Shown one piece after another: positions 28,281-37,633 of a stretch of DNA of 38,517 bases. The stretch covers positions 1 through 38,517 of the IMG/VR virus record IMGVR_UViG_2713897161_000001. One strand, given 5' to 3'. The position numbers and the translations under genes are program-made. This stretch comes from a virus (Duplodnaviria; Heunggongvirae; Uroviricota; Caudoviricetes). The notes beneath the pieces are model-generated. The model was not told the origin of the DNA and made no database searches. It saw nothing but the letters and a program-made list of their open reading frames with translations. Every line of letters begins with the position of its first letter. Positions within the stretch are counted from its first letter, which is position 1.

Positions 28281-30351
28281 CGCAGATACGATTAAAGATT
28301 TCCTTGTTTCGCTGGGATTCGATATCGATCAGGCTGGCGCTAATAAGTTTGAAGCCGTGCTGAAAGGCGTTACCGCAAACGTTATGAAGGTCGGCGCGGT
28401 GGTGGAAGGCGCAGCGCTGAGCATTGTCGGATTTACCACCCAGATCGCGAATGGTCTGGATAAAATTTACTGGGCATCCCAGCGGACGGGGGCCAGCGTC
28501 CAGGGCATCAAAGCGCTGGGCTATGCCGCATCGCAAACTGGCGCCAGCGCTGAGTCGGCCATGTCCTCCCTCGAAGGGTTGGCTGGCTTCATGCGTAGCA
28601 ATCCGGGGGCGGAAGGGTTCCTGAACCGTCTTGGTGTCCAGACCCGCGATGCCAGCGGAAAGATGCGTGATACTGCTGCCATCTTTACTGGCGTTGGGCA
28701 AAAGCTCAACAACATGCCGTATTACCGCGCGAAGCAATACGCGCAGATGCTCGGTATCGATGAAAACACGCTGATGGCGATGCGGCGCGGCATGAATGGC
28801 TTTACCGCCGATTACCAGTCTATGCTGCAAAAGACGGGGTTCAACGCTGATAAGGCAGCCGTTCAGTCCAACAAATTCATGACGTCCATGCACGGGCTTA
28901 CGTCGCTGTTTGGCATTATGCGGGACAAGATCGGCTCAAATCTCGCTGGTGGCTTGGCTGGTTCGCTGGACAGCCTGCGGCGGCGCATCCTCGACAACTT
29001 CCCGAAGATTGAAGAGACTCTGACCAAAGTTATTAAGGGCGTGATCTGGCTTGCAAACGCCTTCACACGAATGGCGTGGCGGCTTATACAGGGCGCTGGC
29101 TCTGTCATTGACTGGTGGAAGCGTCTTGATGATGGCAGTAAAAATCTGCTGAAAATATTCGGTGCTCTACTGGTCGCATGGCGTCTGCTTAATTCTGCGT
29201 TCCTGAAATCCCCGATTGGAATTATCACCACACTGATTCTGGCGATCGGATTGCTGTACGACGATTACCAGACGTGGAAAGAGGGCGGTAAAAGCCTGAT
29301 TGACTGGTCCAAATGGCAGCCAGAAATTGAGCAGGCAAAGAAGGTGTTCAAGTGGCTGCGCGATAAGTTTCTGGAGCTCAAGGACAACCTCGGCGGCTGG
29401 AAAAATACGCTTACCATCCTGTTTGGCTTTCTGGCCGGTGCGAAGCTGTTCTCCATGCTCACTGGTATCGGGCGACTTGTCGCCGGATTTATGGGGCTCG
29501 GTAAGGCAATTGGCGGCTCTATTGGTGGGCTGGGTAAGCTGGCGCAGGGGATCGCTCAGTTGGCAATCAAGAATCCCTGGTTGCTTATGTTCATTCCTGC
29601 CAACAATACGCCGACCACCAGTGAAGAAATGGCGTCGATTGGCGGTATAGGCAGCAATATCGTACCTGAAAGGCAGCAGGCATATGAGGCGCTGAGAAAG
29701 GAAAATCCCGGCCAAGACTTTTTCACTGATGAGCAAATCCAGCGAAAAATTCAGGAGATGGGACTGGAGCCGGAGCAGCGAGCGCAGTCGGTTAAACGCC
29801 CACAAGCCACAGCGCAGGGCAAGGTTTTGCTCGACTGGATGGGGCCATTGTTCAATAAGCTGGAGTCTCTTTATCAGCTGCCTGCTGGCCTGTTGAAAAG
29901 CGTGGCGATCACCGAGTCGGGTGGTAACCAGTTCGCTGTGTCCGGCGCAGGCGCGAAAGGACTGTTTCAGTTTATGGATGGCACGGCGCGCGACATGGGC
30001 CTGCGTGGGAATGATGTATTCGACCCGGAAAAGTCAGCTCAGGCAGCCGCTAAGTACCTCAGCCAGCTGTTGCGGCAGAACGGCGGAGACCTTAGCAAAG
30101 CACTGGCATCATATAACTGGGGGATCGGGAATGTTAAGCGTTATGGAATGGGGCTAATGCCGCAGGAAACGCGCAACTACATTCCGAAAGTAATGAGCAA
30201 TATGCCCACCAGCGCCCCGGTGATTCAGCAGGAAACGAATATTAACATCCACGGTGTTTCCGATCCGCTTGAAGCTGCCCGTTTGACTGTTGACCGTCAA
30301 AAGGGCGTGAATTCACAGTTAACCCAGCAACTCCCCGCAGGACCGAGATAA
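28270..30351 (+). CDS. Tail tape measure protein with C-terminal lytic transglycosylase (SLT) domain
   Basis: 693 aa; hydrophobic central segments; C-terminal ESGGNQ...GAKGLFQF motif typical of SLT domains. Confidence 0.8.
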   Translation: MSGNADTIKDFLVSLGFDIDQAGANKFEAVLKGVTANVMKVGAVVEGAALSIVGFTTQIANGLDKIYWASQRTGASVQGIKALGYAASQTGASAESAMSSLEGLAGFMRSNPGAEGFLNRLGVQTRDASGKMRDTAAIFTGVGQKLNNMPYYRAKQYAQMLGIDENTLMAMRRGMNGFTADYQSMLQKTGFNADKAAVQSNKFMTSMHGLTSLFGIMRDKIGSNLAGGLAGSLDSLRRRILDNFPKIEETLTKVIKGVIWLANAFTRMAWRLIQGAGSVIDWWKRLDDGSKNLLKIFGALLVAWRLLNSAFLKSPIGIITTLILAIGLLYDDYQTWKEGGKSLIDWSKWQPEIEQAKKVFKWLRDKFLELKDNLGGWKNTLTILFGFLAGAKLFSMLTGIGRLVAGFMGLGKAIGGSIGGLGKLAQGIAQLAIKNPWLLMFIPANNTPTTSEEMASIGGIGSNIVPERQQAYEALRKENPGQDFFTDEQIQRKIQEMGLEPEQRAQSVKRPQATAQGKVLLDWMGPLFNKLESLYQLPAGLLKSVAITESGGNQFAVSGAGAKGLFQFMDGTARDMGLRGNDVFDPEKSAQAAAKYLSQLLRQNGGDLSKALASYNWGIGNVKRYGMGLMPQETRNYIPKVMSNMPTSAPVIQQETNINIHGVSDPLEAARLTVDRQKGVNSQLTQQLPAGPR

Positions 30352-30953
30352 TGGATATTTTATCAGCGATTTTTCGCCAGCAATCCCGGCGAATTGGCCT
30401 GCTGATCCCCAGCGTGGTCGTCTCCGAAAAGCATTCTGATGCGCTCGAAATTACTGAGCATCCGGTGGAGAAGCCAACAACGAATAGCGCGTCGGGTTTC
30501 ATCGCCGATCATGCGTATAAGCGTCCCAGCGAAGTCACAATGGAATGCGGCTTCGCTGGTGGCGGTTCGTTGCTGGACTTCATCGATACATCTTCAATCG
30601 GCCTCAGCGCCGGACTGAGCCCGAAAGAGACTTATCAGCAATTGCTGGATCTCCAGTCCTCTCGGGTGCCGTTCGATGTGGTGACTGGCAAGCGGGTGTA
30701 CAGCAATATGCTGGTGCGCGCCATCGAGGTGACGACCGATAAAACCAGCGAGAACGTGCTGAACTGCACGCTTACCCTGCGTGAAGTCATCATAACGCAG
30801 ACAAAAAATGTCACCGTTGCAGATAAATCAGATATGCAGGATGGCGTCAGCACATCGGCGGTGCAGAATTCCGGGATGAAATCCACTACACCGCCAAACG
30901 AATCCTTGCTGAGCCAGCTGGGCGGAAGCGTTACATCAGCATTCGGGGGATGA
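30351..30953 (+). CDS. Putative tail/baseplate protein
   Basis: 200 aa, ATGA overlap with tape measure stop. Confidence 0.45.
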   Translation: MDILSAIFRQQSRRIGLLIPSVVVSEKHSDALEITEHPVEKPTTNSASGFIADHAYKRPSEVTMECGFAGGGSLLDFIDTSSIGLSAGLSPKETYQQLLDLQSSRVPFDVVTGKRVYSNMLVRAIEVTTDKTSENVLNCTLTLREVIITQTKNVTVADKSDMQDGVSTSAVQNSGMKSTTPPNESLLSQLGGSVTSAFGG

Positions 30954-30954
30954 T

Positions 30955-31260
30955 ATGCAGTTTAACGAAATACCGCTTTCTCCTGACAATCAGCAGTTCC
31001 GCGTTTTGCTGGGCAATACCACGTATACACTCAGGATCATCTGGCGTGATGCGGCTGGCTGGATTATGGACGTGATGGATAGCGGCGGTGCCGCGCTTCT
31101 CTCTGGCGTACCTCTACTGACCGGCGTGAACCTATTACGACAATATCCACAGCTTGGCATTGATGGCGCGCTGGTGGTGGCGACCGATAAGGGCGCACCA
31201 GACGAGCCCACCAAAACCAACCTCGGCACATACAGCCACCTCATTTTCGTACAGGAGTAG
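30955..31260 (+). CDS. Putative tail protein
   Basis: 101 aa, coupled in tail operon. Confidence 0.45.
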   Translation: MQFNEIPLSPDNQQFRVLLGNTTYTLRIIWRDAAGWIMDVMDSGGAALLSGVPLLTGVNLLRQYPQLGIDGALVVATDKGAPDEPTKTNLGTYSHLIFVQE

Positions 31261-31262
31261 AA

Positions 31263-32330
31263 ATGTCTCTTAACTGGATGCGCCATTTTGAGTTGCAGCT
31301 GTTGGACCAGAACGGGCAGGGTATTTCCCTGTCTGACTTTAAGGTCACGTTCCAGATCGAGTGGGCAGATACACGCTGGCCGCGCGTGGCAAACGTGAAA
31401 ATTTATAACCTTTCGACCGATACCACGAACAAGATACTTGGGCAGGAGTTTGCCAAAATTCGCATCATTGCCGGGTATGACGGTATAGCGCCGGATGTTG
31501 ATGCGAGCCAGGTTGGTGTGTCCCGGGAGATTTCACCAGACCAGATAGGGCAGGTGAACGGTCAGAACTACGGCCTGATTTTTGACGGTGATATTCGCTT
31601 CACCGTCACCGGGAAGGACAACATTACGGATTCCTGGGTGTTGATTCAGGCCATTGGTGATCACGAAGCGTTCCTCTATGCGACCACCATCACCACGCTT
31701 GCCGCTGGCTATACCGTTGCGGATCTGCACCGGGCGACGATGCAGGATTTCAACGCGTTCGGCGTGACACAGGGCATTACCGGCGATTTTCCTGATACCG
31801 TGTTTCCTCGTGGCCGCGCGATTTACTCATCCAGCCGCAACGTGATGGATAATATTGCTGCGCAGTGCAAAGCGACATGGCAACTGGTGGATGGTCAGGT
31901 CCAGATGGTGCCGGAGGATAAATATATTCACGAAGCCATTGTGTTGAATGCCGATACTGGCCTGATCGGTATGCCGCAACAAACGATGGGCGGCGGAGTA
32001 AACGTGCGGTGCCTGATAAACCCAAACATCCGTATTAATGGTCTTATCCAGCTCGATCAGGCTTCGGTGTACCGCGCCACGCTCGGCAATAGCGAAATAG
32101 CACAGTCGCCCGGGCGTATCACCGAAACAGAAGAGAACGGCAACCGTGTGCTGACCGGCACGACGTCACAGGCTGCCAGCATTGCGACAGATGGCGTTTA
32201 TATCGTCAAAGCTATCGACTATACTGGCGACACCAGAGGTCAGGCGTGGTACATGGATTTGATGTGCTTTGCGCGTGGCGCTCGTGATCTGATTAGCCAG
32301 GCGACTATAGCTCGTTCAGGAGGAGGTTGA
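31263..32330 (+). CDS. Putative baseplate hub/tail protein
   Basis: 355 aa, position after tape measure. Confidence 0.45.
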   Translation: MSLNWMRHFELQLLDQNGQGISLSDFKVTFQIEWADTRWPRVANVKIYNLSTDTTNKILGQEFAKIRIIAGYDGIAPDVDASQVGVSREISPDQIGQVNGQNYGLIFDGDIRFTVTGKDNITDSWVLIQAIGDHEAFLYATTITTLAAGYTVADLHRATMQDFNAFGVTQGITGDFPDTVFPRGRAIYSSSRNVMDNIAAQCKATWQLVDGQVQMVPEDKYIHEAIVLNADTGLIGMPQQTMGGGVNVRCLINPNIRINGLIQLDQASVYRATLGNSEIAQSPGRITETEENGNRVLTGTTSQAASIATDGVYIVKAIDYTGDTRGQAWYMDLMCFARGARDLISQATIARSGGG

Positions 32331-33221
32331 GTGTATAAGAACATGAATGGACTTCGATACAGTGTGATTTTCCTGTCGGTGCTGCTCGTTTCTGGATGCG
32401 CAAATGCAGGCTTCAATTCTGATAAGAATGTTAGTTACAAAAAACGCCCCGGGTGGCAGCCAATTTTAATCTTATCGGCAGACGATTGCCAAACATGGCA
32501 ATCGAAAGGTAAGTCACTTATCGACTGGAGTGGGGAATCTTGCGGTCCCGAAGGGTTGATTAAGGCGATTAATAAAAAACCAGAGATGATCCCTATTTTT
32601 TATGCTGCATATCATGAGTACGGTACCGGTGGCGTTGGGGCTATCGATGTAAGAGATAATTCCCCGCTAAATTACCTTAACTTTGAAAATAACTTAGCTA
32701 AAAATCTTTCATCATTAACTGTAATATCAAAGATATATGATGACTACACCATTGACAGAAAACCAATGGGTCTTGCAGAGGTTTCACGTGAGGTTTTTGT
32801 TAAGAGGCTAAATGATTTTTCTTTGCAGCAGCCTGCTATCTATCAAAAGATGAATGATGTAGCGAAGGCCGATTATGAGAAAAGCAAAAAAGCACACAGC
32901 AACGAAAAACTTGGTGTGAACTACAAGACTACTTGTGGGCCTTATACGATAGACCTGTCGTCTGCTGATGGTTGGGCCAGAATTAATGGCGTGAAACCAG
33001 AGACGCAAAAAATTACTCCAATTGGTACTGGTGGCAGCACAAACCGTGAGCCGGATAACGTCAAAATGGAGTGGATGGTCGATACTGACCAACCTGGCCG
33101 GTGGGTAGGGCTCGAGTACATCAAGCGCAACGGCAAAGCCATTCTCAATGCTCAGTGGCTGCAAGCCAGCATGGATTCGCCGCGTCAGTATGCAACATAC
33201 GACTGCCGAAAAGTAAAATAG
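32331..33221 (+). CDS. Accessory lipoprotein (296 aa) in AT-rich insert; carries tape-measure-like motif
   Basis: GTG start after AGGAGG; signal peptide with lipobox LLVSGC; AT-rich relative to flanks; residues DDCQTWQSKGKSLIDWS (32481-32531) mirror tape measure DDYQTWKEGGKSLIDWS (29260-29310). Confidence 0.6.
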   Translation: MYKNMNGLRYSVIFLSVLLVSGCANAGFNSDKNVSYKKRPGWQPILILSADDCQTWQSKGKSLIDWSGESCGPEGLIKAINKKPEMIPIFYAAYHEYGTGGVGAIDVRDNSPLNYLNFENNLAKNLSSLTVISKIYDDYTIDRKPMGLAEVSREVFVKRLNDFSLQQPAIYQKMNDVAKADYEKSKKAHSNEKLGVNYKTTCGPYTIDLSSADGWARINGVKPETQKITPIGTGGSTNREPDNVKMEWMVDTDQPGRWVGLEYIKRNGKAILNAQWLQASMDSPRQYATYDCRKVK

Positions 33222-33239
33222 CCCGCCAGATAGGCGGGC
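33209..33239 (-). terminator. Intrinsic terminator for the minus-strand DUF4236-like gene
   Basis: Hairpin GCCCGCC/AGATA/GGCGGGC at 33221-33239 with T-run on the minus strand (plus AAAAGTAAAATA). Confidence 0.45.
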
Positions 33240-33244
33240 ATGCG

Positions 33245-33535
33245 TCAAAAATATTGAGCTTTAATTATAATAAACACAATAATTACGAACAGGATGTTTC
33301 TAATTATTTTTTGCTTATGAGTAAGTTGTTTTTTTTCTGTCGATTTCCCGGGAGAGTAAAGGTTAGTGGTATGCGACAGCCCCGTGCCGGGAAGGCCATT
33401 TGTCATCTTTACGCCTTTTTTTCCGATGTTAATGGTGGAACCTTTACCACCAATTGAAGTGCTTACTCCGCTTTTACTAATGTTGATCGCGAGTCCGGGC
33501 GCAATCCGGATTCTTTTACGAAATCTAAATCCCAT
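33245..33535 (-). CDS. DUF4236-like small membrane protein (96 aa)
   Basis: N-terminus MGFRFRKRIRIAPGLAINISKSGVSTSIGGKG recalled as DUF4236 signature; C-terminal hydrophobic segment ILFVIIVFIII; opposite strand to all flanking tail genes. Confidence 0.55.
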   Translation of the reverse strand: MGFRFRKRIRIAPGLAINISKSGVSTSIGGKGSTINIGKKGVKMTNGLPGTGLSHTTNLYSPGKSTEKKQLTHKQKIIRNILFVIIVFIIIKAQYF

Positions 33536-33722
33536 TTGTTACTCCTGTAGTCAATAATGCGATGGTGCAGGTCCACTCTATGGCGGCTTCATGGCTGAAA
33601 TTGATTTTCAATGCTTACTTGTTGCAAATATATCCTAATACACCTTGTGAATATGTGCCATTGCAGTGGAAAAGCCTTACTTCACACTGATGTAGCTTAG
33701 TTACTAAGAGATAATTGATACC

Positions 33723-33747
33723 AAACCAGCTTCGGCTGGTTTTTTTA
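33723..33747 (+). terminator. Plus-strand intrinsic terminator immediately upstream of baseplate V-like gene
   Basis: Hairpin AAACCAGC/TTCG/GCTGGTTT followed by TTTTTTT, ending 11 nt before ATG 33758. Confidence 0.45.
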
Positions 33748-33757
33748 TGGGGTTTTT

Positions 33758-34498
33758 ATGCCAATTCCTACTCAATCACAGATCGGCGGCGAGCAGCAGA
33801 CCGCGCAGGCCATTGCCGATTCGGTGTCTACTCAGATGCGCGTAGCGATGCCTGGCATCATTCAGTCGTTCGATCCTGACGCTGTAACCTGCACAGTAGA
33901 GGTGGCGCTTCGCGGTATTGTTGGCGACGACTCCACCGAATTAAAACCGCTGGTGGATGTGCCTGTCATCTTCCCGCGCGGAGGCGGTTGCACGCTGACC
34001 TTTCCGGTAAAAGAAGGCGATGAGTGCCTGCTGATCTTTGCCGACCGTTGCATCGATTTCTGGTGGCAGAGCGGCGGCGTTCAGGAGACCGTCGATCCGC
34101 GACAGCATGACTTATCTGATGCGTTTGCCATCGTTGGCCCGCAGTCGCAAGCACAGAAAATCAGCGGTATCAGTACCAGCGCCGCGCAGCTGCGAACCGA
34201 TGATGGTGCGGCGTTCGTAGAGGTTTCCGCAGGACATAACATCACCGTTCAAACACCGGGCCAGCTCACGGCTACGGCTGAAGGTGGAACGACAATCACA
34301 TCCCCGACTATCACGCTGAACGGCAACGTAACGATTAATGGCAATCTGTCTCAGGGAATGGGAGAAAGTGGTGGTACTGCGACGATGCTTGGGCCGGTTA
34401 CGGTAACGAATGATGTGACAGCTTCAGGTATAAGTGTCGCCACGCATAAACATGGCGGAGTTCAGACAGGCGGGGGAACTACTGGAGGGCCGCAATAA
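33758..34498 (+). CDS. Baseplate spike/assembly protein V-like
   Basis: 246 aa; Gly/Thr-rich C-terminal repeats typical of spike beta-helix; position at start of baseplate cluster. Confidence 0.6.
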   Translation: MPIPTQSQIGGEQQTAQAIADSVSTQMRVAMPGIIQSFDPDAVTCTVEVALRGIVGDDSTELKPLVDVPVIFPRGGGCTLTFPVKEGDECLLIFADRCIDFWWQSGGVQETVDPRQHDLSDAFAIVGPQSQAQKISGISTSAAQLRTDDGAAFVEVSAGHNITVQTPGQLTATAEGGTTITSPTITLNGNVTINGNLSQGMGESGGTATMLGPVTVTNDVTASGISVATHKHGGVQTGGGTTGGPQ

Positions 34499-34851
34499 TG
34501 CGATACCGACGAGAAGATGCTGACGGCGATTACACTTTCGGGCAAGGTGACGACACCTTCCTTATCGACAGTCCGGAATGTGTCGCCCAGGCCGTAAAAA
34601 CCCGTTTCGAGCTCTGGCGCGGTCAGTGGTTTCTCGATCTGACGGAAGGCACGCCGTATGTTCAGTCAGTGCTTGGGAAACAGCGATCAGACGTCTACAT
34701 CCTGGCTATACGCGAACGCATACAGGACACGCCGGGCGTTCTGTCGATTCTTTCCTTCGATACCAATTATGACGGCACCAGCCGCCGCGTCACTTTCACT
34801 TCCTCCATTGACACAATCTACGGCCAGACGACTGTAACAAGCGAGGCATAA
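34498..34851 (+). CDS. Baseplate protein (W/gp25-like)
   Basis: 117 aa, ATGA overlap with V-like stop, precedes J-like gene. Confidence 0.5.
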   Translation: MRYRREDADGDYTFGQGDDTFLIDSPECVAQAVKTRFELWRGQWFLDLTEGTPYVQSVLGKQRSDVYILAIRERIQDTPGVLSILSFDTNYDGTSRRVTFTSSIDTIYGQTTVTSEA

Positions 34852-36051
34852 ATGGCTTTGAACCTCGACACGCTGGGGCTATCGGCAACGGTAACCGCCC
34901 AGGGGATTAGTGCGCCTGATTACCAGACAATCCTCGATACACTGACCAGCTATTTCAGGCAGATTTACGGTAGTGATGCCTACCTCGAACCAGACAGCAA
35001 AGATGGGCAAATGGTCGCGCTGGTGGCTCTGGCTGTGCATGATGCTAACAATACCGCTATCGAGATCTACAACTCGTTTTCACCGACGACAGCGCAGGCC
35101 GCAGCGCTTAGCAGCAATGTGAAAATTAACGGGATCACGCGAAAAGTAGCGACAAACTCTACTGCTGACCTTCTGTTAACCGGTACGGCGGGCACGACTA
35201 TCACGAATGGCTCCGCACGGGATAAAAACGGCATTATCTGGAATTTTCCCGCGAGTGTAGCAATCGGGGTTGATGGTACTGTGCTGGTGACGGCCACATG
35301 TGCGAATAGCGGTTCGGTTGCGGCGATGGCCGGAACTATCACCACCATTAACACACCGACTCGCGGCTGGGTGTCGGTAACCAACCCAGCAGCGGCTACT
35401 GTCGGTTCACCAGCCGAAACCGACGCAGAGCTGCGCATTCGGCAGGGGCAAAGCGTCGCGCTACCATCGATCACACCGTTTGAAAGTGTCGACGGTGCAA
35501 TAGCTAACGTTGCTGGCGTGACACGTCACAAGCTGTATGAGAACGACACAGGAGCAACCGACAGCAATGGTCTGCCGCCGCATTCAATTTCCGCGATTGT
35601 TGACGGTGGCGATGTGACAGAAATTGCCCAGACAATCCGGGGGAATAAGGGGCAGGGAACTGCGACTTACGGGACGACCTCTGTCACGGTGCCGGATACT
35701 TACGGTAATCCTCACGTCATCAGTTTTTCACGCTCTACCGATGTGCCAATTTTCGTAGCCATTACCCTGAAAGTTTTTACCGGGTATACCTCTCAAATCG
35801 GCGAGCAGATCAAACAGGCTGTTGCCGGCTATATTAATGGCCTGGCAATTGGCGATGACGTTCTGCTGAGTCGTATTTATTCCCCGGCAAACCTTGGCGT
35901 GGTAAGCGGAGGCAGTGCTCGCTATTACGACATTCAGGAGCTGCTCATCGGCAAATCCTCTGACTCAGTCGCAAGCGGAAATATCGATATTGCTTATGAC
36001 GAATCTGCGTCATGCGTTGCGAGTCACGTCACTATCACGGTGACCTCATGA
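34852..36051 (+). CDS. Baseplate J-like protein
   Basis: 399 aa; size and position in V-W-J-I order. Confidence 0.6.
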   Translation: MALNLDTLGLSATVTAQGISAPDYQTILDTLTSYFRQIYGSDAYLEPDSKDGQMVALVALAVHDANNTAIEIYNSFSPTTAQAAALSSNVKINGITRKVATNSTADLLLTGTAGTTITNGSARDKNGIIWNFPASVAIGVDGTVLVTATCANSGSVAAMAGTITTINTPTRGWVSVTNPAAATVGSPAETDAELRIRQGQSVALPSITPFESVDGAIANVAGVTRHKLYENDTGATDSNGLPPHSISAIVDGGDVTEIAQTIRGNKGQGTATYGTTSVTVPDTYGNPHVISFSRSTDVPIFVAITLKVFTGYTSQIGEQIKQAVAGYINGLAIGDDVLLSRIYSPANLGVVSGGSARYYDIQELLIGKSSDSVASGNIDIAYDESASCVASHVTITVTS

Positions 36052-36728
36052 GCAAATACACCGAACTGATCACTAACTACCATGCTACCAAGCCACTCTT
36101 TTTTGACCATATAGATCTGAGCACCCGCCCGCTGATTGATGTGTCCAGCACTATGTCAGGGCTTATAACAGCCTTCGATATCGATACTGCTGTCGGTGTA
36201 CAGCTCGACATCCTCGGTCTGTGGATCGGACGCAGTCGCATAGTCAGCCAGCCAATTAGCGGAGTTTATTTCAGCTGGGACACTGACGGGCTTGGGTATG
36301 ACCAGGGCATCTGGCAAGGGCCATATGATCCTGATTCTGGCTATACGACGCTAAGCGATGAGACGTACCGCATCATTCTGAAAGCGAAAATCGCTATCAA
36401 CAACTGGGACGGTCGGAACGACTCTCTGCCTCCCATCCTTGACGCTGCTACCGCAGGCTCAGGCCTGAGGATGCAGATCGTCGACAACCAGGACATGACG
36501 ATTTCGGTCTGGGTTTTCCCTGAAACTGATATTTCTGATGTGTCTCTCGAACTGATCGCCGCTATCAAACAGGGCTATCTCACCGTTAAATCAGCTGGCG
36601 TATGGGCCGGTGATGTTGAAACGCCTTCGGTAGAAACACCGTCAGAAGGCTCTAAATTCTTTGGGTTTGATATGGATAACGAATACATCGGCGGGTTCGA
36701 TGTTGGAGCATGGGGGACAATACTCTAA
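36048..36728 (+). CDS. Tail protein I-like (baseplate wedge)
   Basis: Start at internal ATG 36048 overlapping J-like stop; position after J. Confidence 0.5.
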   Translation: MSKYTELITNYHATKPLFFDHIDLSTRPLIDVSSTMSGLITAFDIDTAVGVQLDILGLWIGRSRIVSQPISGVYFSWDTDGLGYDQGIWQGPYDPDSGYTTLSDETYRIILKAKIAINNWDGRNDSLPPILDAATAGSGLRMQIVDNQDMTISVWVFPETDISDVSLELIAAIKQGYLTVKSAGVWAGDVETPSVETPSEGSKFFGFDMDNEYIGGFDVGAWGTIL

Positions 36729-37633
36729 TGGCAATAAACAACTTTAAACCTTTCGCGCTTGATCCGAACGCTAACGTCACCTCACAAGCTGACTGGGAAG
36801 CACTTCCGGCTCTGCTTTCAGGGTTTACGGCAGGTAAAGCATCCAGCGCACAGGTCAACAAAGCTATTCGGCAAGCCAGCTTTATCGCGGCAGCGTTGGC
36901 GCAGTACACCGCCAACAAAAGCGGGCTGGATGTGCTTGATGATGGAGACCTGAACGGGTTTATATCCAAAATGGGGACCGCTTTCGGGAAAGATTTCCAG
37001 GCGCTTGATGCCACGCTGTCGGCATTAGCTGGGCTCGCAACAGGTGCAAATAAACTCCCATATTTCACTGGAAATGATACAGCAGCGCAGACTGATTTAA
37101 CTTCTGTTGGCCGTGACATTATTGGGAAAAATACTATTGCTGACATTCTCACATACCTTGGTTTGGGAGAAGGTTCTGCGTTGCCTGTTGGCGTACCAGT
37201 TCCTTGGCCTTCAGCCACACCGCCTACTGGCTGGCTGAAATGCAACGGTGCGGCTTTTTCTGCTGAAGAATACCCGGAACTGGCAAAGGTTTATCCGACA
37301 AATAAATTGCCTGATTTACGCGGCGAATTCATTCGTGGGTGGGATGATGGGCGCAATGTGGATTCAGGGCGGGCGTTACTTTCACAGCAAAGTGACGCGA
37401 TGCAAAAGATAAGTGGTTCTGTTGCAGATAACTCTATGGGGGCATCAGCATCCGGTAGTGGTGCCATGACAATTACTGGAGCAGCGGGTACCACATATTA
37501 CGCAAGTGCAACGGCATCATCTTCATACATATATTATAAGACAATAGGTATCGATTCTTCGTTAGTTGCAAGAACCGCGAACGAAAACCGACCGCGCAAC
37601 ATCGCATTTAACTACATTGTAAGGGCGGCATAA
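36728..37633 (+). CDS. Tail fibre protein
   Basis: Start at ATG 36728 (MAINNFKPF); conserved fibre N-terminus style, variable C-terminus; followed by fibre assembly gene. Confidence 0.6.
   Translation: MAINNFKPFALDPNANVTSQADWEALPALLSGFTAGKASSAQVNKAIRQASFIAAALAQYTANKSGLDVLDDGDLNGFISKMGTAFGKDFQALDATLSALAGLATGANKLPYFTGNDTAAQTDLTSVGRDIIGKNTIADILTYLGLGEGSALPVGVPVPWPSATPPTGWLKCNGAAFSAEEYPELAKVYPTNKLPDLRGEFIRGWDDGRNVDSGRALLSQQSDAMQKISGSVADNSMGASASGSGAMTITGAAGTTYYASATASSSYIYYKTIGIDSSLVARTANENRPRNIAFNYIVRAA

Noticed and set aside
28207-29805. Minus-strand ORFs of 228 and 212 aa inside the tape measure gene
   Set aside because: Antisense shadow ORFs within a long, confidently called gene.
36652-37245. 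197-aa minus-strand ORF inside the tail fibre gene
   Set aside because: Antisense to the fibre gene; Ala/Ser-rich low-complexity translation.
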